A stretch of DNA of 64,000 nt, from the NCBI GenBank assembly GCA_963771355.1, contig CAVYTA010000006.1, positions 1,184,001-1,248,000 on the forward strand, read 5' to 3'. This DNA is from an uncultured Candidatus Rokubacteria bacterium (GTDB lineage: Bacteria > Methylomirabilota > Methylomirabilia > Rokubacteriales > CSP1-6). Shown one piece after another: positions 50,116-59,334 of the stretch. Each line of letters begins with the position of its first letter. Position 1 is the stretch's first letter. Below the pieces are notes generated by a model. It was given only the letters and a program-made list of their open reading frames with translations. It was not told where the DNA came from and made no database searches. Position numbers and translations under genes: made by a program.

Positions 50116-50565
50116 ATGACGATGGCCACCCCAGGAACTGACCTCTTCGCCCAGATGACCGGCACCGCCGTGGAGATGTTCACCCTCTACGCCGACATGA
50201 ACCAGAAGGTTCTCCGCGAGCTGGTCGACCTCTCCGCCAGCGCCGCCAAGGAAGGCGTCCGCCTTTACGCGGAGCTCCAGTCCTCGGCGGTCGAGGCGGT
50301 GAAGGATGGCCAGGCCTATGCCCTCCGACGCCAGACCGACTTGCAGGACCCGCCGACGGACCCGCTCGCCTTCTGCCAGCGCGGCATGCTGGATTCGACG
50401 GAGGGCGCGCAGCGAGCCTTCAAGCTCTTCGAGGACAATGCCCAGGCGGTGACGCGGTCGGCCGAGCGGCTCCAGGTCAGCGCCGATCAGGCCGGCAAGG
50501 AGATCCAGGCCACCTTGGCCCACCTCTCGGATCGGGTGAAGTCGCTCTACGCACCCCTCGCCTAG
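50116..50565 (+). CDS. Phasin-like protein 2
   Basis: GGAGG RBS; helical; adjacent to phaR; paralogue of 28199-28621. Confidence 0.72.
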   Translation: MTMATPGTDLFAQMTGTAVEMFTLYADMNQKVLRELVDLSASAAKEGVRLYAELQSSAVEAVKDGQAYALRRQTDLQDPPTDPLAFCQRGMLDSTEGAQRAFKLFEDNAQAVTRSAERLQVSADQAGKEIQATLAHLSDRVKSLYAPLA

Positions 50566-50609
50566 CACCATCGAGTGGTGGACGCGGGCCGGGCCGTCCC
50601 GGCCCGCGA

Positions 50610-51116
50610 TCACTTCTCGCGTCGCTTCTCCAGCCGCTCCTCCAGCGCGCGCAGCTGCTCGCGGAGCGCCGCCACCTCGTCCCGCAGCGCCTCCGCCTCG
50701 CCCGCTCCCTCAGCCTTGCGCTCGGACGCCCCCGCCGGCGGCGCGGCCTTCGGGGCCGTCGCCCAGCCCGCGCGCGACGCCCATTCGCGGAACACGCGGT
50801 CGGCCTCGCGCTGGCTGGTCATGATGGCGTCGAGACTCGACTTCATCGTGCCCTGCACGAAGTCCTGCCAGGCCTGGCCGTGCTTGATGAGCTGGTGGAG
50901 GAAGGCGGTGGGGAGCGCGGCGCGGTGGTTGCGCTCGTTCTCGAGAATGATCTGGGCCAGCGTCACCGAGGTGAGATCCTCGCCGGTGGACACGTCCACC
51001 ACCGAGATCTCCTTGCCGGCGCGGATCAGCTCCTCGAGCTCCTCCAGCGTGACGTAACGGCTCTCCTGCGTGTCGTAAAGCTTACGGTTGGAGTACCGTT
51101 TGATCACGTACGCCAT
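50610..51116 (-). CDS. phaR: PHA synthesis regulator with PHB_acc_N DNA-binding domain
   Basis: IKRYSNRKLYDTQESRYVTL...TGEDLT..TLAQII. Confidence 0.92.
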   Translation of the reverse strand: MAYVIKRYSNRKLYDTQESRYVTLEELEELIRAGKEISVVDVSTGEDLTSVTLAQIILENERNHRAALPTAFLHQLIKHGQAWQDFVQGTMKSSLDAIMTSQREADRVFREWASRAGWATAPKAAPPAGASERKAEGAGEAEALRDEVAALREQLRALEERLEKRREK

Positions 51117-51122
51117 GGCGGG

Positions 51123-51141
51123 AGTCTAACACCGCGCGTCA
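51123..51141 (-). promoter_or_regulatory. phaR -10 with overlapping palindromic operator
   Basis: TAGACT 6 nt before ATG; TAACAC-CGC-GCGTCA at 51127-51141. Confidence 0.7.
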
Positions 51142-51214
51142 GGGCCCACAAGCCGCCACCCCCTCGCCCTGATATACTGGCGCACCCTTCACGACCTCGT
51201 CAGGAGGACGCGCC

Positions 51215-51958
51215 ATGTTGCTCGAAGGACGCACCGCGCTCGTCACCGGAGGCTCCCGCGGCATCGGACGCGCCATCGCGCTCGCGCTCGCCGAGGAGGG
51301 CGCCGACGTCGCCATCAACTACGTCTCCAGCGAGGCCACCGCCCGCAGCGTGGCGGACCAGGTCCAGAAGCTGGGTCGCCGAGTCATGCTCGCCCAGGCC
51401 GACGTGGCCGATTACCCCGACACCTATCGGATGGCGCAGGACGTGCTGAAGGAGTTCGGGCACGTCGACATCCTCGTCAACAACGCCGGCATCACGTCGG
51501 ACAAGAGCTTCGTGAAGATGGACCACGCCTCCTGGCGCCGGGTGCTGGCCATCAATCTCGACGGGGTCTTCAACTGCACCAAGGTGTTCATCGACCAGAT
51601 GCTCAAGCAGAGCTTCGGCCGGGTGGTGAACATCACCTCGGTCATCGGTCAGATCGGCAACTTCGGGCAGGCCAACTACGCCGCCTCCAAGGCGGGCGTG
51701 GCCGCGTTCACCAAGTCCCTGGCCAAGGAGCTGGCGGGCAAGGGCATCACCGTGAACTGCGTGGCGCCGGGCTTCACCGAGACCGACATGGTCACCGCCA
51801 TTCCGGAGAAGGTGCGCGCCAAGCTGCTGGAGCAGATTCCCATGCGGCGCTTCGGGAAGGCGGAGGAGGTGGCACGCGCCTGCGTCTACCTCTGCTCCAA
51901 GGACGGCGACTACGTGACGGGGGCGGAGCTCTCCATCAACGGGGGGCTGTTCATGTAG
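51215..51958 (+). CDS. phaB: Acetoacetyl-CoA / 3-oxoacyl reductase
   Basis: TGGSRGIG, GNFGQANYAASK, INGGLFM; located in the pha cluster. Confidence 0.85.
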   Translation: MLLEGRTALVTGGSRGIGRAIALALAEEGADVAINYVSSEATARSVADQVQKLGRRVMLAQADVADYPDTYRMAQDVLKEFGHVDILVNNAGITSDKSFVKMDHASWRRVLAINLDGVFNCTKVFIDQMLKQSFGRVVNITSVIGQIGNFGQANYAASKAGVAAFTKSLAKELAGKGITVNCVAPGFTETDMVTAIPEKVRAKLLEQIPMRRFGKAEEVARACVYLCSKDGDYVTGAELSINGGLFM

Positions 51959-52005
51959 GGCGAGCCGAAGAGCACCCTGTGCTCTGAGGCGAGCAATACG
52001 AAAAT
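51959..52005 (+). repeat. Short REP-like element
   Basis: GGCGAGCCGAAG...GAGGCGAGCAATACGAAAAT; homologous to 55479-55519 on the minus strand. Confidence 0.6.
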
Positions 52006-52613
52006 CAAGGGCGTCGCCTCACCGCCGCGGCACCGATAGCAGGATCCCCTTGAAGGCGCCGAGGCGCCGCAAGCGCGAGCGCGCTGAGGCTCAGCATCCC
52101 CATCATGGCCGCGCCCTGGGCCGCCCACGCCCACGGGCTCAGCGCCCAGAGCGTCAACAGCGCGGCGGGATCCGCCACCCGCTCGTAGCGCACGGGGGTG
52201 CGCGACGGCATCACCAGGGCCTCGCCGCCGAGCACTTCCTCGCCGCGCTGATTCACACACACGGTCCGGAGCCGAACTCGATTCTTCTCCAAGATGATCT
52301 CGGTCACCTCCACCCGCGCGGTGACGGTGTCGCCCAGCTTCACCGGCCGGAGGAACTTCAGGTCCTGCGAGAGGTAGATGGTACCGGGGCCCGGCAGGCG
52401 CGTGCCGATCACCGCCGACACCAGGCCGGCCGTCCAGATCCCCGGCGCGATTCGCTCCTTGAAGAGCGTGCCGGCGGCGTAGGCCGGATCGGAGTGGATG
52501 GGGTTGTAGTCCCCCACGGAGTCCACGAAGCCCGCGATGTCTCCGTCGGTGGCCACGCGCGTCACCTCCGCGCGGTCGCCCACCTCGATGCGGTCGATGG
52601 TGACTCCGATCAT
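52005..52613 (-). CDS. phaJ: MaoC-family (R)-specific enoyl-CoA hydratase with C-terminal extension
   Basis: GDYNPIHSD, LPGPGTIYLSQDLKFLRPV; ATGA overlap with phaE. Confidence 0.85.
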   Translation of the reverse strand: MIGVTIDRIEVGDRAEVTRVATDGDIAGFVDSVGDYNPIHSDPAYAAGTLFKERIAPGIWTAGLVSAVIGTRLPGPGTIYLSQDLKFLRPVKLGDTVTARVEVTEIILEKNRVRLRTVCVNQRGEEVLGGEALVMPSRTPVRYERVADPAALLTLWALSPWAWAAQGAAMMGMLSLSALALAAPRRLQGDPAIGAAAVRRRP

Positions 52614-53131
52614 GCCGAGCCCACCGGGCCCCGCCCACCCGCCTCCAGACGGCGGAGCACGGCGTCCACCTTGTCCTCCACACCCTCGAGCTTCTCCTCG
52701 AGCTGGATGAGCTGCTGGGCCACCGCGATGAGCTGGCTGCGCGACGCGAGCCCCAGGCCCGCCAGCGACGCCTCCAGCTGCTGCTCGGCCGCCTTCTTCA
52801 CCGGGCTCGCCGCGTTGAGGAAGCCCTCCATCTGCTTGCCGAGGGTCTTGGCGAAGGCCTCGGTGCCCATGGCCTGCTCGAGCACCTTGGACCAGGCGGC
52901 GATCCACTGGTCGAGGAACTGCTTCCACTGGACCATGAGATCCGGCGAGGCCTGCCCCTGCGTCATCACCTTGGACCAGGCGGCGACGCCCTGGTCCATG
53001 AAGGGGCGCCAGAAAGCCTGAGGGTCCATCGGCGCCGCCTGCGGGGTGCCCAGCATCTTGAGCCAGGCCTGGCTCCCCTCCTCCACCTGCTTCTTCCACA
53101 TGTCGAACAGCTGGTTGCTCGCATCCGCCAT
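52610..53131 (-). CDS. phaE: Short PHA synthase accessory subunit (PhaE-like)
   Basis: Directly downstream of phaC; W-rich helices; GLASRSQL...LIQLEEKL coiled coil. Confidence 0.75.
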   Translation of the reverse strand: MADASNQLFDMWKKQVEEGSQAWLKMLGTPQAAPMDPQAFWRPFMDQGVAAWSKVMTQGQASPDLMVQWKQFLDQWIAAWSKVLEQAMGTEAFAKTLGKQMEGFLNAASPVKKAAEQQLEASLAGLGLASRSQLIAVAQQLIQLEEKLEGVEDKVDAVLRRLEAGGRGPVGSA

Positions 53132-53143
53132 TGGATGTTCCTC

Positions 53144-54247
53144 CTACGACCTGGCCGCCAGCCAGGACGCGACCTTGGGCCAGCAGTGCACCGAGGCGCC
53201 GCGTCCCGCGATGAGGGAGATGTGCCCGCCCGGCAGCTCCACGTACTCGCGGTCGGCGCTGGAGACGGCGGTGATGAGCGGCTTCACGCAGGCGGGCGGC
53301 GCGATATTGTCTTCCTTGGCGCCCACCGCGAGCACGGGGGCGTGGATGTTCCGCAGGCTCACCGGACGGCCTCCCATGCGCAGCTCGCCCCGGACGAGCC
53401 GGTTCTGCTGGTAGAAGTCCTTCACCCACTGGCGGAAGAACTCGCCGGGAAACGGGAGGTACTCGTTGGCCCACTTGTTGAGCGCATTGAATCCCGAGAC
53501 GTACTCGGGATTCCACAAGTTCCACCAGAGATTGATGTTGGTGGAGAGATCCATGGTCGGCTTGAGGAGCTTGAAGCCGGCCTTCACCATGTCGGCGGGA
53601 ATGCTGCCCATGGTGTCCACGTACTTGTCCACGTCGAAGTAACGCGCGTCGAGCCACTGGGCGAAGAGTCCCGCGTGGGCGAAGTCGATGGGCCCCGCCA
53701 TGTCCACGAAGTTCTTCAGCGGGAACTCGGGTGTGGAGCCCAGGAAGCTCGCCGAGATGGGCGCGCCCATGCAGTACCCCAGCACGGAGATCTCGCGCGC
53801 GCCCGAGGACTCCAGCGCCTTGCGCGCCATCCGAGGCAGGATCTTGGTCACGACGTCCTCGAAGGTGAGGCCGTTGTCCTCCGGCCCGAACACGCCCCAG
53901 TCCACCAGGTACATGTCGAACCCCTGCTGCGTCATGTGCTCCATGAACGAGCCCCGGCGCATGAGGTCGAAGATGTAGGGCCGGCTGATGCCGAGGTTGG
54001 GGACGAACAGCACCGGGGTCCGGTGCGTCCGCTTGGACTCGTACCGGTACAGGCGCGACTTGTTCTTCCGGTAGATCTCCTGGCGCGGCGTGGGTCCGAG
54101 CTCGGGCTCCTTGGGATTCATGACCATCTCGGAGAAGTGCTTCATGCGGAGGAAGTTCCGATTGACCTCCTCCTGCCAGCGCGCCCGCACCTCGGGGGAC
54201 ACCCCGGGCATCTCGGGCACCACCATGGTGAACAGTTCGTCCTTCAT
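53144..54247 (-). CDS. phaC: Class III/IV-type PHA synthase
   Basis: 367 aa; GPTP, RPYIFDL, LVDWG, GYCMG catalytic Cys, DNIAPP Asp, GGHIS His. Confidence 0.93.
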   Translation of the reverse strand: MKDELFTMVVPEMPGVSPEVRARWQEEVNRNFLRMKHFSEMVMNPKEPELGPTPRQEIYRKNKSRLYRYESKRTHRTPVLFVPNLGISRPYIFDLMRRGSFMEHMTQQGFDMYLVDWGVFGPEDNGLTFEDVVTKILPRMARKALESSGAREISVLGYCMGAPISASFLGSTPEFPLKNFVDMAGPIDFAHAGLFAQWLDARYFDVDKYVDTMGSIPADMVKAGFKLLKPTMDLSTNINLWWNLWNPEYVSGFNALNKWANEYLPFPGEFFRQWVKDFYQQNRLVRGELRMGGRPVSLRNIHAPVLAVGAKEDNIAPPACVKPLITAVSSADREYVELPGGHISLIAGRGASVHCWPKVASWLAARS

Positions 54248-54264
54248 GTGTGACCTCCTCCCCT

Positions 54265-54294
54265 ATCCTACGCGGGCCTGACGCTTCGCGTCAA
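54265..54294 (-). promoter_or_regulatory. phaC promoter with perfect palindromic operator over -35
   Basis: TTGACG-18-TAGGAT; TGACGC-TTC-GCGTCA at 54279-54293. Confidence 0.72.
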
Positions 54295-54312
54295 GAAGGG
54301 GCCCGCAGCGGA

Positions 54313-54339
54313 CCTCTCCCCCCCGCCGGGAGGGAGAGG
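54313..54339. repeat. GC hairpin, REP/terminator-like
   Basis: CCTCTCCC...GGGAGAGG downstream of the SCP2 gene. Confidence 0.5.
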
Positions 54340-54350
54340 GAACGGGAAGG

Positions 54351-54671
54351 CTAGACAGAAAAGAGGGACCCGACCTTCATGGCGAGGCCCATGTCCCCCT
54401 TCAGCTTGAGCTTGCCCGACATGAAGGCCATCTGGCCGGAGAGCTTGCCGCCGATCATGTCGAGCCAGTCCTGGGACGACATGCTGAGCGTGAGGTTCGG
54501 CGCCGCCGCCGCCCCCTCGTTCACCGCGCAGGTCCCGTCCTTGATCACGGCATGCCAGGTGCCGCCCTGGTCGCCGGTGATGTCGTACTGGATGGTGGAG
54601 TTGACCCCGGTCGCCTTGCTGGGCTGAAACCGGCTCGCCATTGCGTCGAAGGTTTCCTTCACTGTGGGCAT
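54351..54671 (-). CDS. SCP2 sterol/lipid-binding domain protein
   Basis: AFMSGKLKLKGDMGLAMK. Confidence 0.92.
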   Translation of the reverse strand: MPTVKETFDAMASRFQPSKATGVNSTIQYDITGDQGGTWHAVIKDGTCAVNEGAAAAPNLTLSMSSQDWLDMIGGKLSGQMAFMSGKLKLKGDMGLAMKVGSLFSV

Positions 54672-54704
54672 GATTGATCCTCCTGGTTGGTGCGCTGGCC
54701 TCGG

Positions 54705-55454
54705 TTAGAACGTGAACAGGTCCATTCCGCCCGTCACCGTGAGAATGGCGCCGGTGATGTAGCGGGCGCGCTCGGAGCACAGGAAGGCGATGGCATTGGC
54801 CACGTCCTCCGGCTGCCCTTCCGTCTGCATCGCGACGCGCTTGACCATCCGCTCGTACAGCGGCGAGAGGTTGGCGTTGGGGCCGATGATGCCGGGGGCG
54901 ATCACATTGCTCGTGATGTGATAGCGCGCGCCTTCGAGCGCGACCGACTTGGCGAAGCCGATCACGCCCATCTTGCTCGTCGAGTAGGCGGTCTGCCCGA
55001 AGCCCCCCATGAGGCCCGCGATCGAGGCCATGGAGATCACGCGGCCCCAGCTCCGCTCACGCATGCCCGGGAACACTGCCTTGGTGACATTGTACGTGCC
55101 GGTGAGATTCACCTGGAGGTTGAGGTCCCAGGCCGCGTCGTCCATGTCCTTGAGCTGGCCCAGCGTGTAGATGAGGCCGGCGTTGTTGACGCAGATGTCC
55201 ACCGGGCCCACGTCGGCCTGCGCGCGGCGGAGGACCTCGGCGAGGCCCGGACGGTCGGTGATGTCCACCTCGTAGCCGCGCGCGACCCCGCCGCCGCCGG
55301 CGATCTCCTTGGCCGTTTCCGCGGCCCCCTCGCCGTTGAGGTCGAGGACGATGACCCGGCAGCCCTCTGCGGCGAGGGTGAGGCAGTCCTGGCGGCCCAG
55401 GCTCCGGGCTCCCCCCGTGACCAGCGCCACCTTGTCCTTCAGGCCGAGATCCAT
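54705..55454 (-). CDS. SDR oxidoreductase (FabG-like)
   Basis: TGGARSLG, NNAG, GQTAYSTSK. Confidence 0.9.
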   Translation of the reverse strand: MDLGLKDKVALVTGGARSLGRQDCLTLAAEGCRVIVLDLNGEGAAETAKEIAGGGGVARGYEVDITDRPGLAEVLRRAQADVGPVDICVNNAGLIYTLGQLKDMDDAAWDLNLQVNLTGTYNVTKAVFPGMRERSWGRVISMASIAGLMGGFGQTAYSTSKMGVIGFAKSVALEGARYHITSNVIAPGIIGPNANLSPLYERMVKRVAMQTEGQPEDVANAIAFLCSERARYITGAILTVTGGMDLFTF

Positions 55455-55478
55455 TGCTAGCTCGCTCCGCTCGCAACC

Positions 55479-55519
55479 ATTTCCATATTCGCTCGCCTCG
55501 CCTCCGGCTGCGGCTCGCC
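55479..55519 (-). repeat. Short REP-like element
   Basis: GGCGAGCCGCAG...GAGGCGAGCGAATATGGAAAT immediately after a TAG stop. Confidence 0.6.
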
Positions 55520-56293
55520 CTACTTTCCCTTGAACTCTGGCGCACGCTTCTGGAAGAAGGCCTGCAGCCCCTCGCCCGCGTCCTCCGTACGGATGACCTT
55601 CTCGAAGGCGCGGATCTCGATCTCGATACCCTTGTCGATGGGCTCCTCGAGCCCGTCGTCCACCGCCTCGATGATGAGCCGGGTGGCGATGGGCGGCCGC
55701 TTGCCCAGCTCGCGCGCGAGCCCCTTGGCGTCGTTGAGCGTCTCGCCGTCCTTGGCCACGCGGTTGACGAGCCCGATCCGGTGGCACTCCGCCGCGGAGA
55801 TCTGGGTGCCCAGGATGAGGTGCTCGAGGGCCAGCCCGCGCCCGATGAGACGGGGCGTGCGCTGCGTGCCGCCGTAGCCGGGAATGATGCCGAGGTTGGA
55901 CTCCGTCTGCCCCATGCGCGCCGTCTCCTTGAGGATCCGGATGTGGCAGCCCATGGCGATCTCACACCCGCCGCCCAGCGCGTGCCCGTTGATGGCGGCC
56001 ACCACCGGCTTGGGGAAGCGCTCGATGCGCCGCACCACGCTGTTGCCAAACCGGAGAAAGGCCGCGATGTCCGGGCCCGAGAAGGCGGAGCCGAGGTCGG
56101 CCCCCGCGCAGAAAATCTTGTCGCCCGCCCCGGTGATGATCAGCGATCGCACGGCGTCGTCGGCCTGGAGCTCGGAGAGCGCGGCATTGAGCTCGCGCAT
56201 CAGGTCTTCGCTGATGGCGTTGGCGGGGGGCCGGTTCAGGGTGATGACCGCGAAGGATTCCTCGCGCGTGACGACGATGTTCTCGTACGGCAT
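55520..56293 (-). CDS. Enoyl-CoA hydratase (crotonase)
   Basis: FCAGAD, GGGCE, ESNLGIIPGYGGTQR. Confidence 0.93.
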   Translation of the reverse strand: MPYENIVVTREESFAVITLNRPPANAISEDLMRELNAALSELQADDAVRSLIITGAGDKIFCAGADLGSAFSGPDIAAFLRFGNSVVRRIERFPKPVVAAINGHALGGGCEIAMGCHIRILKETARMGQTESNLGIIPGYGGTQRTPRLIGRGLALEHLILGTQISAAECHRIGLVNRVAKDGETLNDAKGLARELGKRPPIATRLIIEAVDDGLEEPIDKGIEIEIRAFEKVIRTEDAGEGLQAFFQKRAPEFKGK

Positions 56294-56321
56294 CGGTGGA
56301 TGGCTCCTTGACGCGCGCGGC

Positions 56322-56903
56322 TCAGCGGGGGGCGAGGCCGCGGAGGAAAAGGTCGGCGAGGGCCTCCGCGGTGTCGGCGAGGCGATAGCCGCGCTTGCCC
56401 AGCACCCACGAGGTGGCCATCTGGTCCATGGCGCCGAAGAGGGCCTTGGTGGCGACCTTCACCGGCAGGCCCTTCCGGAAGCGACCCTCCGCCACGCCCT
56501 CTTCCAGGACGGAGGTGATGAGGGCGAAGTAGGACGCGATCTCGTGCGCCGAGGCCCCCCGGAAGAACTTCTGTCCCTGCCGCTGCTCCACCTGGACCAC
56601 CTCGGCCAGCTGCGGGTCTTCCTCCAGCATCTCGAAATGGAGACGGATGAGCCGGGAAAGCTTCGCCACCGCGTCCGGCTCGTCGGCGATCGCCTTGCGC
56701 AGGCTCCCCACGAACTGCGCCATCTTGTCGCGGAAGAGAGTGACGAGGATGTCGTCCTTGGTGCGGAAGTAGAGATAGATGGTCCCCGCAGCAATGCCGG
56801 CTTCCCTGGCAATGTCGGAGACGCGCGAGTTGTAGTAGCCCTTGCGGGCGAAGACCCGGACGGCCGCCTCGATAATCTGTTGGGGCTTCTCAGGATCGCG
56901 CAT
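56322..56903 (-). CDS. TetR-family regulator, FadR(YsiA)-like
   Basis: IIEAAVRVFARKGY...IAREAGIAAGTIYLYF; heads fatty-acid genes. Confidence 0.9.
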   Translation of the reverse strand: MRDPEKPQQIIEAAVRVFARKGYYNSRVSDIAREAGIAAGTIYLYFRTKDDILVTLFRDKMAQFVGSLRKAIADEPDAVAKLSRLIRLHFEMLEEDPQLAEVVQVEQRQGQKFFRGASAHEIASYFALITSVLEEGVAEGRFRKGLPVKVATKALFGAMDQMATSWVLGKRGYRLADTAEALADLFLRGLAPR

Positions 56904-56908
56904 GGGGG

Positions 56909-56955
56909 ATGACTGAACCGCCATTCATCTTAGTCAGGCCACCCGGTCCTGTCAA
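56909..56955 (-). promoter_or_regulatory. sigma70 promoter and FadR-type operator
   Basis: TTGACA-17-TAAGAT followed by ATGAATG-GCGGTT-CAGTCAT (56909-56928). Confidence 0.8.
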
Positions 56956-57002
56956 ACGCAAAGTCGGCTCGGCTCGCCCGCCGGCGGAGGGCTGATCCGC
57001 GG

Positions 57003-57644
57003 TCAGGGATCGAGAAGCGCCGACACGAAGCGCGTCAGGCGCTCGAAGTCCGGCGCTGGCACGTTCACGAAGACGAGCGCGGCGCTCCGATCGTTCACCT
57101 CCCATACCACCGCGCGGAGTAACAGCGGCGCGGGGTCGCCGTCGGGCGGGAGCCGCACGTCGACCTGCTCTCCCGCGCGCAGGACGAGCCCGGTGGTGAT
57201 CCGCGCACCGAACGCGCTGAGGTCCAGCGTCTCCGCGGGCACCTGCGCGCCCCCCGCGTGACCGAGGGTCACCACCACCGGCACGTACGCGCGCGGCGAG
57301 CGACGGCGGGTCTCCCAGGGATCGAGGCGGGGACGTTGACGGCGGATCGCGCGCTCGGGCAGGCTGCCGCCCGCGCTGACGAGGTCCACCGTGATGCCCT
57401 CCGGGTCGCTCCGCACCACGCGTCCCGCCACCGCCACTACCTCCATGCGGTCGGGCGGGCCGGGCAGGGTCAAGCGCAGGACCACCGGGGTGTCGGCGGC
57501 GAGCTCGATGGGCACCCTGACGCGAACGCCCGAGGTGCTGACATCGAAGACGTGTCCGCTCACCGTCTCGCCCTGCGGCGTCTGGAGCTGGACCGGCCAG
57601 TCGGCCCGGGCGCGCTGGGCGCCACGCCGATCCTCGCGCGCCAT
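57003..57644 (-). CDS. Tandem PilZ-domain protein
   Basis: RRGAQR/DVSTSG and RRRSPR/DLSAFG. Confidence 0.85.
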   Translation of the reverse strand: MAREDRRGAQRARADWPVQLQTPQGETVSGHVFDVSTSGVRVRVPIELAADTPVVLRLTLPGPPDRMEVVAVAGRVVRSDPEGITVDLVSAGGSLPERAIRRQRPRLDPWETRRRSPRAYVPVVVTLGHAGGAQVPAETLDLSAFGARITTGLVLRAGEQVDVRLPPDGDPAPLLLRAVVWEVNDRSAALVFVNVPAPDFERLTRFVSALLDP

Positions 57645-57658
57645 ACCGGTGGCCGGCC

Positions 57659-58285
57659 TCAGCTCCCGCGCTCGACCAGACGGCCCACGTACTGGCTCAG
57701 GCGCGCAAAGTCGCTGCTGCGGAGATTGGCGAAGACGAACACGGCCCCGCGGTCCGCCAGGGTCCAGACCACCGCGGACAGGTGCAGCGGATCTCCGTCA
57801 CCCTCCGGCTGGAACTCCAGCCTGGCGGTGTCTCCCGGCTGCAGCTTCAGGTCCGTGGCGATCCGCGCCCCGAAGGCGCTGAGGTCGAGCGTCCTGCCGC
57901 TGACCGCTTCGCCCCGCCCCACGCGAATGCTCACCGGCAGCGGCCGCGTGACACGCGGACCGCGGCGGCGCGCGTCCCAGCCGCCCACCAGCGGCTCGAC
58001 CCGGCGGGCCTCGGTCTCGGGCAGCCCGATGAAATCCAGTGCCAGGCCGTCGGCTTCTCGCCGCGCGACCCGCGCCACCACCTCCAGCCGGTTGGCCCCG
58101 CGCGGCAGCGTGATCCGGAGCGTGACGGCGGCGCCCACCGGGAGATCGCCGGACACGCGGACGCGCACGCCGGAGGTGCTGATGTCGAGGACGTGGCCCT
58201 CGAGGACCCCCCGCTCGAAGGTCTCGAGCGTCACCGGCCAGCTGGCTCTGGCCCGTGCCGCTCCGCGTCGGTCTCGCCCCTTCAC
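57659..58285 (-). CDS. Tandem PilZ-domain protein
   Basis: RRGAAR/DISTSG and RRRGPR/DLSAFG; GTG start after GAGGA. Confidence 0.85.
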   Translation of the reverse strand: MKGRDRRGAARARASWPVTLETFERGVLEGHVLDISTSGVRVRVSGDLPVGAAVTLRITLPRGANRLEVVARVARREADGLALDFIGLPETEARRVEPLVGGWDARRRGPRVTRPLPVSIRVGRGEAVSGRTLDLSAFGARIATDLKLQPGDTARLEFQPEGDGDPLHLSAVVWTLADRGAVFVFANLRSSDFARLSQYVGRLVERGS

Positions 58286-58394
58286 CCTTGCGTCCTCATG
58301 CCCGCACCAACTTGCGTCCCGGGCCCGGCCGGTGTCAAGTCCGCTGTCGCTCCCCGCGCAGCGAGCCCCCGCCGACTGAGGTAAGATGGCGCCC

Positions 58395-59330
58395 ATGACG
58401 ATCAAGTACCGCATCGGCATCATGCCGGGCCCGTGGCCGCCGGGCCGCGAGGGCGCCGACTTCCTCTGGAGTCTCTGCGACCTCTGCGAGCGCACCGAGG
58501 TCGACTCGATCTGGCTCTCGGACCGTCTTTCCTCGCCGGTGCCCGTTCCCGAAGTGATGACGACACTGGCCGCCATCGCCGCGCGGACCACCAGGCTCAA
58601 GTTCGGGCCGAGCGTGATCGTGCTGCCCTATCGCACGCCGGTGGTGGCGGCGAAGGAGATGGCCACGGTGGACTGGCTCTCGCGCGGGCGCCTCTTCCCC
58701 GCGGTGGGCGTGGGCGTGGAGCTCCCGCGCGAATTCGAGGCCTCGGGGGTGGCGTTTCGCGAGCGGGGTCGGCGCACCGACGAGGCCATCCGCGTGATCC
58801 GCATGCTCTGGACGCAGGACGAGGTGACGTTCCAGGGCGAGTTCTACAAGCTCGACCGGATCAGCGTGCTGCCCAAGCCCTGGCAGAACCCGCCTCCCAT
58901 CTGGATCGGCGGCAAGAGCGAGGCCGCGCAGAAGCGCACCGCGCGGCTCGGCGACGGCTGGATGCCGTCCTTCATCACCCCGGACGAGTTTCGGACGGGT
59001 GTGGAGCGCGTGCAGGAGCTCGCGGCCGCCGAGGGGCGCGCGGTGCCCGTGGATCACTTCGGCACCCTCATCAACTTCGCGCTGGCGGACTCGCCCCAGG
59101 CCGCCGCGGCCCTGGCCGGCCCCTTCATCCCGCGCGGACGCGTGGACGAGGCGACCATCCAGCAGTGCACCGCCTTCGGGCCCGCGGAGGTCGTGGCGGA
59201 GCGCATCGAGGAATACGTGAAGGGCGGCGGCTCGAAGTTCATCCTGCGGCCCCTGGGCCCGCCGGACACGATGCTCGACCAGCTCGCGCGGCTCGCCGCC
59301 GAGGTCATTCCCGCCTTCCACGCGCGCTGA
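58395..59330 (+). CDS. LLM class flavin-dependent oxidoreductase
   Basis: DSIWLSD, LSRGRL, PPIWIGG, RLGDGW. Confidence 0.9.
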   Translation: MTIKYRIGIMPGPWPPGREGADFLWSLCDLCERTEVDSIWLSDRLSSPVPVPEVMTTLAAIAARTTRLKFGPSVIVLPYRTPVVAAKEMATVDWLSRGRLFPAVGVGVELPREFEASGVAFRERGRRTDEAIRVIRMLWTQDEVTFQGEFYKLDRISVLPKPWQNPPPIWIGGKSEAAQKRTARLGDGWMPSFITPDEFRTGVERVQELAAAEGRAVPVDHFGTLINFALADSPQAAAALAGPFIPRGRVDEATIQQCTAFGPAEVVAERIEEYVKGGGSKFILRPLGPPDTMLDQLARLAAEVIPAFHAR

Positions 59331-59334
59331 GCCC

